Sequence record: SRR31156797_6279
Direction: 5' to 3' (one strand)
DNA: 34,180 bases
This document shows positions 26,534-34,180 of the stretch, piece after piece. The notes beneath the pieces were generated by a model. It made no database searches, was not told the DNA's origin, and worked only from the letters and a program-made list of their open reading frames with translations. Made by a program: the position numbers and the translations under genes. How positions within the stretch are numbered: position 1 is the first letter of the stretch; every line of letters starts with the position of its first letter.

Positions 26534-26636
26534 CTTTATATATCTATTAGAAAAGTAGCCCGCTGGGCGGATTTTTATATTTAACAGATTGGCAATGCCG
26601 CGTACCAGTCGGTAAATTGGGAAAACGGAGGAAACG

Positions 26637-26975
26637 ATGGGTCTTGAAGTTGGTGAAATCAAAAATGACGGTATTATTACCTTTAAGCTTAAAGGGCGTC
26701 TTGATTCAAATACATCCAATGATTTTGAAGAAAGGCTCCTGAGCCTGATTCAGGATGGTGAAAGCAAGATCATTCTGGATTTTGAAAACCTTGAGTATAT
26801 TTCCAGTGCCGGGTTGAGAGTGCTGCTCAAAGCCGCCAGAGAACTCAAAGGCGGAGATGGTAAGCTCATTCTCTGTTCCCTCAAGGATTATATCAGGGAA
26901 GTTTTTGACCTTTCCGGCTTTGTCTCCTTCCTGCCTATCTATAACACCATGGATGAATGTTTGGGCGCTTTCTAG
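26637..26975 (+). CDS. STAS-domain anti-sigma antagonist (RsbV/SpoIIAA-like)
   Basis: LKGRLDS, LEYISSAGLRVLL (phospho-Ser motif), VFDLSGF. Confidence 0.94.
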   Translation: MGLEVGEIKNDGIITFKLKGRLDSNTSNDFEERLLSLIQDGESKIILDFENLEYISSAGLRVLLKAARELKGGDGKLILCSLKDYIREVFDLSGFVSFLPIYNTMDECLGAF

Positions 26976-27131
26976 ACATTTTTAAATAATCGGGCCATAT
27001 TCAGGTCTTCTCTAATGTCTTTAATGCTTCCTGTCTGCTTTTTAGCGGACAGGAAGTTTGTTTTTTGAAACTGTGATAGTTTATTGCTAGAATAGCCAGT
27101 GCGCTTTCTTACATACACCGGAGGGTATAAA

Positions 27132-28475
27132 ATGAGCGGTATATTCACATCTCTTGCAGTAATGATGTCTCCGAGGGGACTTGAGGTCGCAGGGCACGGT
27201 GCCGGATTGGGCGGGGCTGCTTTTCTGGGAGTCCTTGTTCTGGCAGCTCTTTCTGCTATCTGCACCGCGCGCAGCATGGATAAACTTTCATCCGGGGAAC
27301 TGCGGGCCACCCCTGTTGACCGCGTCGCATTCGGGTTTCTTGATGCAGCCCGTTTTTTTACCCTGACCGTGCTGGCTGTCTCATGGTTGGGGCTTGCCGG
27401 TTATGCGGTTAATGAAATTTTCATTACATCTTTTCCTAATCTGGGTGCATCATTTACCATTCTTGCCCTAGCTGTTTGGGCCTGTTTTCTTTCAAAGAAA
27501 TATGCTGGAGACCTTTTCGGCGGAGCTTTGACTTTGGCCTTTCTATTTTTTGTTTATGTGGTGGTGATGGTCAACCAGCCTTGGACCGGAGGAATGGGCT
27601 ATCCTACCGAACTTCCGGTGATGTTTGCCCCGCTGCTGCCGACTGCTTTTGCCGAAGCAGGGCCTATGGGCTGGATGCAATTGATTTTTCTGGGAGTGCT
27701 TGCCTTTGTCGGTTTTGATCTTCCACTGGTTTTTGAAAATAAAGGTTCAAGGGCAGTTCCGGCTATTTTGCTGATTCTTGCTGCTTTCGGTTTTTTCGTC
27801 TGGGCAGCTTTGCTGGTTACGACTCCTGAGGAATTGCTTAGTTCAACAGTTCCTCACCTTGCGGTTGCCGCACATGTGCTTGAAGGTAAGGGGCTTTTGC
27901 TCATGGGAGGTACAATCGTATTCGCAACTTTTGCCGGTATCTGTGCGTTGTTTCGTCTTTTCGGACATAAGGTGCGCGGGGTTCTTGCTGATGATTACTC
28001 CAGCTATGCTGTCGGAGGGGCTGCAGTATCTCTGGGCGCAATCATTGCTATCATGCTGGCTAAAGGCTGGGCCGGAAAGGAAGAGCTGGAAGCTCTTATT
28101 TCCGCAGGTCTTTGTTTCTGGTTCGGATCTTACGCACTGATTGACCTGCTCGGTATTGTTGCCATGCGCCGCGCTAGACGGTTTTACCTGCCCAGATTTT
28201 TGACCTTGGGGGTGCACGTTATTGCTGCAGCCGTATGTTGCCTGCATATCGAATTTCTTAACTATTTTCTCTACACCATTGGTTGTTTGACTGTTGCGGG
28301 TATTGCCCTTGGATTTACCATGAAGGAATATTGCGACTATCCTCCACTGGAAGAAGTTGAGGCTGAAGATGAGGGCGAAGGTGATTCTGAATCTGAAGAA
28401 GGCGAAGAAGTTCATAGTGATCCGGTTGAGGATGGTTCTGAAGATGGAGAGTTGAACATTGTGAGTTATAAATAG
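27132..28475 (+). CDS. Polytopic membrane protein, possibly a divergent APC-like permease, with an acidic C-terminal tail
   Basis: About 12 hydrophobic segments; ATG after GGAGG; Asp/Glu-rich tail. Confidence 0.7.
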   Translation: MSGIFTSLAVMMSPRGLEVAGHGAGLGGAAFLGVLVLAALSAICTARSMDKLSSGELRATPVDRVAFGFLDAARFFTLTVLAVSWLGLAGYAVNEIFITSFPNLGASFTILALAVWACFLSKKYAGDLFGGALTLAFLFFVYVVVMVNQPWTGGMGYPTELPVMFAPLLPTAFAEAGPMGWMQLIFLGVLAFVGFDLPLVFENKGSRAVPAILLILAAFGFFVWAALLVTTPEELLSSTVPHLAVAAHVLEGKGLLLMGGTIVFATFAGICALFRLFGHKVRGVLADDYSSYAVGGAAVSLGAIIAIMLAKGWAGKEELEALISAGLCFWFGSYALIDLLGIVAMRRARRFYLPRFLTLGVHVIAAAVCCLHIEFLNYFLYTIGCLTVAGIALGFTMKEYCDYPPLEEVEAEDEGEGDSESEEGEEVHSDPVEDGSEDGELNIVSYK

Positions 28476-28581
28476 AGAGTTTTTTGCCCGTTTTTTCTTG
28501 TCCTCCGGCTTTGATTTGGTATTATTAAAGTGAACCCTAAATTTGTTCATTTATTAATATACAAAATATGTGGAGGTAATG

Positions 28582-28998
28582 ATGGGCAACCGTTTAATAT
28601 TGCTTCTCTTTGCTTCAATTCTTGCCGTGTTAGCTAGTCTTGCGGTCTTCCCGCTTGCGGCAGATGCTGAAGATGTACCCCGGGTTTCCGGTGATTATCT
28701 GGAACGCAAACTAGGTACGGAAGGGCTGGTGATAGTTGACTCACGTAGTGGTTCTGATTGGCGGGGAAGTTCGTCCAAGATAAAGGGGGCGATCCGCGGC
28801 AAGGCCGGAAAGGAAAGGGAATGGTCCGCAGACCTGCCCAAGGGTTCCGAGATAGTCATCTACTGTGCTTGACCCAACGAATACACAAGCTCCCGTGTGG
28901 GGCGGAAGTTGAAGAAGATGGGTTTTACAAATGTTAACGCGCTTCTGGGCGGTTGGCATCAATGGCACAGATCAGAGTTTCCGGTTGAACCTAAGTAA
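28582..28998 (+). CDS. Exported rhodanese-domain selenoprotein, in-frame TGA at 28870 read as Sec
   Basis: IVDSR..KIKGAIR..IVIYCA-TGA-PNEYTSSRVGRKLKKMGFTNVNALLGGWHQW..FPVEPK-TAA: the rhodanese fold continues in frame to a TAA just before the terminator; signal peptide LAADA; RBS GGAGG. Confidence 0.88.
28873..28911 (+). promoter_or_regulatory. Candidate bacterial SECIS element
   Basis: Hairpin GC(T)CCC-GTGT-GGGGC at 28889-28903 with bulged U and G-first loop; lower CAAC/GTTG pairing; directly 3' of the UGA. Confidence 0.6.
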
Positions 28999-29005
28999 AA
29001 AAATG

Positions 29006-29040
29006 AAAAGGGGGATTGCTCAGGCAATCCCCCTTTTTTT
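29006..29040. terminator. Bidirectional terminator
   Basis: AAAAGGGGGATTGC-TCAG-GCAATCCCCCTTTTTTT between convergent genes. Confidence 0.9.
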
Positions 29041-31543
29041 ATTCCGGTCTATCCATTTCAATCTTATTTAAAGAGCGGTGCTTTCGCAGGGCCGCCGACC
29101 TGAAACATTTGCTGATAAGTTTGCGTTTTTCCTTGAGTGCCTCGCGCTGGGCTGCGATCTGAGCAGCTTCATCACCTTTAGGCTTGTACTTGGTTTTGAC
29201 TCCGCGGAAGGCAACCTTGATTTTTTTGCTTTGAAATTTTTGATCAAGTTCATCCACAATGTCGGATTCCGTGGGGAATTTATCCTCAAAGTGACTGACC
29301 CAGAAAAGAAGTTCAAAGTCCAAGCCTAATATTCCAAAGCGTTTGAATAAAATGTTCGGAGCCGGGTCTTTGAGTACATTGGGGTGCTTTTTGACTACCT
29401 TGAGCATGATTTTTTTGGCCTTCTTAACCTTTGTGCCGGGAACAAGAGTGACCGGAATCGTTACCCTGATGCGGGTGTCCTGATAGTTGAGGTTGACAAT
29501 TTCGCCTTTCAGGAAGCTGGAGTTGGGGATGATGACCATACTGTTGTCCAGAGCCTTGAGGGTGGTGTTACGGATAGAAACATCAATCACCGTTCCGATG
29601 ATTTTTTTGTGCTGCAGGGTGTCTCCTTTTTTAATGGAACCACCGAAGAGGATGATCAGCCCACTGACAAAGTTACTGACAATATCCTTCATACCGAAAC
29701 CAATACCGATGGAAAGGCCGCTGGCGATCCAGGTCAGTGCGGACATGGGAATACCCAGCAGAAAGAACGAGGCCAGCAGAAAGACCACCCAGACAATGTA
29801 GGACCCAATGGTGGACAGGGTATGAGCCAGTGCCGATTCAATGCGTTGTCCATTGATTGAAGTATTATTGACAAAGGACTTGAGCCAGAAAAGAGCCAGC
29901 CGTGCGGCGAAGAAAAGAATTAGAATGTAGAAAAGATTTTTCACCGAAATATCTGCTCCGGCAATATTCATATCCATGTGCCGAAATACAAAGCGGGCAA
30001 AGGGAACACCGCCCATGTAGGCAGTCGCCCAGCCGATGAACATAAAGATTATTACCGAAACCGAGAGCGGATAGAAAAGCTGGACCATCTGGTTGTGGTG
30101 CTGTGCCTCGCGTAGTCCTTGCTCAAATTTCTTTTGTTCGTCCTCGTCAAGCTCTTGATCATCGGGAAGCTGGTATTCTGGCTGAGGAAGATCTGTGATC
30201 AGGATAGTTTTCAGGGCTGTACAGATTTTCATGGTCACCAGAAAGAGGAACCATATCTGGGTCAGCATCATTGCCTGTGTGCCGAAACCCAGCAGGGTGA
30301 AAAGAGCTGATCCGGAAAGGACAACTCTATTGGCCTTGGATGTTGAGCGGGTTATCTGAAGGGTGTATCTGTTGCGGTTGACGTGCAGGGCTGCAAGACC
30401 TGCGACACTGAGTACGAACCAGACTACGGACAAACATTCTGCGGGAAGGGTCAGCATATGCATGATATCCCCGGCGGTCATCAGACTCCAGAGGATGAAC
30501 ATGGGGGTGTAAATTAGCGGTGCTGGCTGAACTTTTTCCCGGGCCCAGAGAAAATTGCGGGTACAGATGATGGCCCCTAAGGTTATGGCTTCGGTCCAGA
30601 GTAACCCTGTTATCTGATTGGCGGTAAACAGCGTGAATACACGGGCAAACAGAATTGCTGTACCTAATGAGATTAGGAATAGTCCGTTGTTGTAGAAGGA
30701 GAGTTTATGGTTGCTGAACATGGGGCGGCGGAGCATTCTTTTCACCAATGTGCGCAGAATCAGCCAAAACACGATGGTTATGCCGCTCATGATAATCAAG
30801 AAGTTGTCCCATTCAACCCAGACAATGAGAGGGTGGTAGAATTTGGTGTAGCTTTCCCGCCACTCTTCAAAAGCATAGCCGATATCGTTCCATGCCTGCG
30901 GGAAGAAAAGGATTAGATTGGGTTCAAAATAGAAGCTTTTTAAGGTCTGGGCATAAAATTTATGGGTGACTTCATGGTCCTCGCCCATGGAATCCATTAA
31001 ATTATCCGATTTGAGGAGGGCGGCATCAATTGATTTTTTTAAAGTAGCCGCCTCATCACGGACACGGAGATATTTTCCTCTTGTTGAGGTTAGTTGCTGT
31101 TTTAGTTGCGGATCGGAAATTTTAGTTTTGAAATGAATTTCATTTATGACATCAAAACCCTGTTTGATCTTCTTGAGTCTGTTCTTCTCTATGAGCAGGT
31201 CTGATTTTGCCAGCTGGATATAGGCCCGGACATCATCAAGCTGCATAATTACCGTGCGGTAGGACCATGGTGTCTGCTTGGCCATTCCGCGCAGCATTTT
31301 TAATTGGTCCAGCCGGACTTGTGCTGTGTGTAGCCTTGCATCGTATTTTTTGATCATAGCCGGAATATGCTGTTTAAGATCTTTTACAGCCTGGGCCTGA
31401 CGACTAATATCGGCATCAAGTGTATCGACCATGCTGAGCAAAGTTTGCGTGGCTGTTTCGGCCTGTGATTTCGTGGCAGAGGAGAAAGAAATGAGTAAAA
31501 TTAAAAGAATCAGGATCAATCCTTTTTGCGTCTTTGAGGTCAT
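29039..31543 (-). CDS. Large MscS-family mechanosensitive channel (MscK-like architecture)
   Basis: Signal peptide, coiled-coil periplasmic region, many TMs; GLSIGIGFGMKDIVSNFVSGLIILF, IKKGD, ISIRNT, IIPNS, HPNVLKDPAP; ATG 31543 after GGAG. Confidence 0.92.
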   Translation of the reverse strand: MTSKTQKGLILILLILLISFSSATKSQAETATQTLLSMVDTLDADISRQAQAVKDLKQHIPAMIKKYDARLHTAQVRLDQLKMLRGMAKQTPWSYRTVIMQLDDVRAYIQLAKSDLLIEKNRLKKIKQGFDVINEIHFKTKISDPQLKQQLTSTRGKYLRVRDEAATLKKSIDAALLKSDNLMDSMGEDHEVTHKFYAQTLKSFYFEPNLILFFPQAWNDIGYAFEEWRESYTKFYHPLIVWVEWDNFLIIMSGITIVFWLILRTLVKRMLRRPMFSNHKLSFYNNGLFLISLGTAILFARVFTLFTANQITGLLWTEAITLGAIICTRNFLWAREKVQPAPLIYTPMFILWSLMTAGDIMHMLTLPAECLSVVWFVLSVAGLAALHVNRNRYTLQITRSTSKANRVVLSGSALFTLLGFGTQAMMLTQIWFLFLVTMKICTALKTILITDLPQPEYQLPDDQELDEDEQKKFEQGLREAQHHNQMVQLFYPLSVSVIIFMFIGWATAYMGGVPFARFVFRHMDMNIAGADISVKNLFYILILFFAARLALFWLKSFVNNTSINGQRIESALAHTLSTIGSYIVWVVFLLASFFLLGIPMSALTWIASGLSIGIGFGMKDIVSNFVSGLIILFGGSIKKGDTLQHKKIIGTVIDVSIRNTTLKALDNSMVIIPNSSFLKGEIVNLNYQDTRIRVTIPVTLVPGTKVKKAKKIMLKVVKKHPNVLKDPAPNILFKRFGILGLDFELLFWVSHFEDKFPTESDIVDELDQKFQSKKIKVAFRGVKTKYKPKGDEAAQIAAQREALKEKRKLISKCFRSAALRKHRSLNKIEMDRPE

Positions 31544-31824
31544 GTTTTTCTCCAAGGCTTGACAAGCCTGCTATTTTTCCGGTTAATTATCTGCATCCGC
31601 TGACTGCTTTTCAGTTCGTTTCCTCACAGTCCTGCCTGTGATCCTCTTTTCTAGAAAATTTTCCGGTACAGACCGGATCGTGTCCGGTAGAAAATTCTAT
31701 CCACAAATCACAAACGTGTATTTTGCAGTCGGCAATTCTTATTCTTCAATGTACACTGCTGGTTGTACTAAATGTATCTGATAAATAAAACATTTTTTAC
31801 AGCCTATTATCAATCGGGAGAATT

Positions 31825-32355
31825 ATGGTACCCAATATTTATCTAATCGGTCCCCGTGCCTGCGGTAAAACCACTGTAGGAAAGCAACTTGCCGATAAGC
31901 TTCATCTTGAATTTTTCGACAGTGATGAAGTTCTTGTGCATAAGGCTGGCTGTGAAATCGCGCAGTATGTCGAACGGCATGGCTGGGACGCCTTTCGTGA
32001 TCTGGAAGCGCAAGTGCTTCGCGAATTGTCTCAAAAGCAGAGCTCGGTAATTTCCTGCGGCGGAGGAATTGTGGTCCGTGAGGAAAACAGATCCTTGCTC
32101 AGCAATAGTTTTACCATATATATTAAGGTGGATGTGCATACCCTCGCCAATCGTCTGCAGGCCGATCCAAATCATGATCAGCGTCCGTCGCTTACCGGAA
32201 AGTCCATTGTTGACGAAATCCGGGAAGTACTTGAGGCGCGGGAAGAGTTCTATTCCGGTTGTGCCAGCCTTGTTGCGGACGGTGCCGGTTCCATAGAAGA
32301 CATTTGTATACAGATTTTAGAAAGCTACCAATCCTTCAACAAAGGGGATAAATAA
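31825..32355 (+). CDS. aroL: Shikimate kinase (AroL/AroK)
   Basis: IGPRACGKTTVG, FDSD, GWDAFRDLE, SCGGGIV, QRPSLT; upstream of aroC. Confidence 0.92.
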   Translation: MVPNIYLIGPRACGKTTVGKQLADKLHLEFFDSDEVLVHKAGCEIAQYVERHGWDAFRDLEAQVLRELSQKQSSVISCGGGIVVREENRSLLSNSFTIYIKVDVHTLANRLQADPNHDQRPSLTGKSIVDEIREVLEAREEFYSGCASLVADGAGSIEDICIQILESYQSFNKGDK

Positions 32356-32356
32356 T

Positions 32357-33409
32357 ATGAGCGGCAATACATTCGGCCAGATTTTCAAGATAACCACCTA
32401 TGGAGAATCCCATGGTCCCGGACTGGGCGGAGTTATCGACGGCTGTCCGGCGGGGATTGAACTCAGCGAAGAGATCATTCAGCTGGAACTGGACCGCCGC
32501 AAGCCCGGACAGGGGATAGCCTCCACCGCTCGCAAAGAGGCGGACCGGGTCAAGATTCTTTCCGGTGTTTTTGAAGGGCGTACCACCGGGACTTCCATTG
32601 GCTTTCATATCGAGAACACCGATCAGCGTTCCCGTGATTACTCTAAAATTATGAATGTTTACAGACCAGGACATGCCGACCGTACTTTTGACGCCAAGTA
32701 TGGTTTTCGCGATTATCGTGGCGGCGGACGTTCTTCCGGTCGGGAGACTGTTTCCCGTGTAGCTGGTGGGGCTGTGGCCCAGGAATTTTTGCGCCAGCAA
32801 TCCATAACCTGCCAAGCCTACACTGTGCGCATCGGCGGAATTGACGGAGAACTGAAAGCCCCGGAAAAGGCTCACGAACTACCTTTTTTCGCAGCTGACC
32901 CGGATGTAGTTCCTCTTTGGGAAGAGCGGATTAAGGAAGTCCGTTCACAGGGTGACACTCTCGGTGGGGTGGTTGAAGTACGTATCAAAGACGTGCCTGC
33001 CGGACTCGGTGAGCCTGTTTTTGATAAGATTGATGCCCGCCTTGCTTATGCGCTAATGTCTGTCGGTGCGGTGAAGGGGGTTGAGGTTGGCTCCGGCTGT
33101 AAAGCTGCCGATGTCCTTGGCAGCGAGAACAATGATTTTATGGACGAGGTTGGCTTTTGTAGCAACAATGCCGGCGGTATTTTAGGTGGTATTTCCAGCG
33201 GACAGGATATTGTGGTCCGTGCCTACGTGAAACCGATTCCGTCCATCAGCAAACCTCAGCAAACCGTTAACCGTGACGGTAAGTCGGAACAAATTGTAAT
33301 CGGTGGCAGGCATGATATCTGTGCCATTCCGCGTATTGTTCCGGTGCTCAAGTCCATGGCGATGCTCACGGTAGCTGATTTTATCTTATTACAACGAAGA
33401 ATGGGCTAA
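32357..33409 (+). CDS. aroC: Chorismate synthase
   Basis: TYGESHG, RPGHAD, RDYRGGGRSSGRET, NNAGGILGGISSG, GRHDIC. Confidence 0.98.
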   Translation: MSGNTFGQIFKITTYGESHGPGLGGVIDGCPAGIELSEEIIQLELDRRKPGQGIASTARKEADRVKILSGVFEGRTTGTSIGFHIENTDQRSRDYSKIMNVYRPGHADRTFDAKYGFRDYRGGGRSSGRETVSRVAGGAVAQEFLRQQSITCQAYTVRIGGIDGELKAPEKAHELPFFAADPDVVPLWEERIKEVRSQGDTLGGVVEVRIKDVPAGLGEPVFDKIDARLAYALMSVGAVKGVEVGSGCKAADVLGSENNDFMDEVGFCSNNAGGILGGISSGQDIVVRAYVKPIPSISKPQQTVNRDGKSEQIVIGGRHDICAIPRIVPVLKSMAMLTVADFILLQRRMG

Positions 33410-33416
33410 AAAGTAG

Positions 33417-33449
33417 AAGGGCGGACACATGAGTGTCCGCCCTTTTTTT
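33417..33449. terminator. Terminator after aroC, between convergent genes
   Basis: AAGGGCGGACAC-ATGA-GTGTCCGCCCTTTTTTT. Confidence 0.88.
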
Positions 33450-34179
33450 ATTTCTTAGCGATTATATATCCGAAGCTGGTCCAGCGTCCGTTGTCTACAG
33501 CAAGGGTTTTCGGATCGTCGTCCGGGGCCTTTTTGCAGAATGGATCATGCTTGGCGAATTCCATCCACCAGTCCCATGCATCAGGAGCATAGCCGCTCTC
33601 GATGATTTCAAATCCGGCCCGTTTAAGGTCTGCAACAGTACTGTCGACAGTTCTGAAGCATTCCTTCCACGGAAATTCCGGTTGTGAAACATAAGGTTCC
33701 AAGTCCTCGGGCAACGGTACGTCAAGGTGCATTGGTTCTCCCAATGCGAAGATGCCGTCCGGTCTGAGTACCCGGTGAATTTCTTGAAGGCATTCAATGT
33801 AACCTTCTTCGCCGCTAATTCCGCGTACCATCTCCAACGCTGTTGTTGAGGTGGCAAAGTCGAATGATTCAGAGGCCAGGTGTGTTTCCGGCACTCCGAT
33901 TTTCTGGGTTAAAACCAGATTTTTAACACCCCATTCTTGGGCATTGTACCGCGCATGCTCAACCATTGGTCTGCCGTCCATACGATCATCCCAAGGATCA
34001 ATGCCAAATACGGATACCCCGTATTCCCTGGCAAGGAAACAGGCTTGAACTCCACGGTTGCAGCCCACATCCAGCAGGCGTGCACCAGACCGGATACCCA
34101 TTTTCTGGGCCATGAAGTCACTGAGTTTCAATCCACCGGGACCGCTGCATTGGGCGTAGATGGTGTCCAGATCGGTATA
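33448..34179 (-). CDS. Class I SAM-dependent methyltransferase, 5' end beyond the window
   Basis: LLDVGCNRG, GIDPW, SFDFATS, HRVLRPDG; the frame stays open upstream of 34131 (YTDLDTIYAQCSGPGGLKL) to the window edge. Confidence 0.9.
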   Translation of the reverse strand, partial: YTDLDTIYAQCSGPGGLKLSDFMAQKMGIRSGARLLDVGCNRGVQACFLAREYGVSVFGIDPWDDRMDGRPMVEHARYNAQEWGVKNLVLTQKIGVPETHLASESFDFATSTTALEMVRGISGEEGYIECLQEIHRVLRPDGIFALGEPMHLDVPLPEDLEPYVSQPEFPWKECFRTVDSTVADLKRAGFEIIESGYAPDAWDWWMEFAKHDPFCKKAPDDDPKTLAVDNGRWTSFGYIIAKK

Positions 34180-34180
34180 T

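Noticed and set aside
28570-28872. 100-aa truncated protein or pseudogene call
   Set aside because: The intact downstream frame and SECIS-like hairpin favour Sec readthrough

Overview
Chromosomal window from a sulfate-reducing bacterium, probably Desulfovibrionaceae (inferred from the complete qrcABCD operon). It starts with two tRNA-Ser genes flanking an orphan NarL-type response regulator. An accessory-looking block follows (1.2-12.9 kb) with three parts: an exported TPR-CHAT protease / DUF4384-like / CHASE2-PP2C signalling operon; an exported nitrilase-superfamily hydrolase; and an operon with a sigma54-type promoter encoding a cytidylyltransferase-PLP enzyme fusion, a methyltransferase and a sulfatase-fold/double-GT2 fusion. 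The rest is mostly core-like: nfeD-SPFH, a small protein with a sigma28-type promoter, mazG, cvpA, rmlC, qrcABCD with a Rex-like box, an ABC exporter with a large NBD insertion plus a cNMP-binding partner, an RsbW/RsbV-like pair, a membrane protein, an MscS-family channel, shikimate kinase, aroC and a truncated methyltransferase. The ORF track misses an exported rhodanese whose TGA (28870) sits in a C-x-U motif before a SECIS-like hairpin, so it is very likely a selenoprotein. No integrase, transposase or CRISPR array was seen. All family calls are from motif recognition by eye, not database searches.
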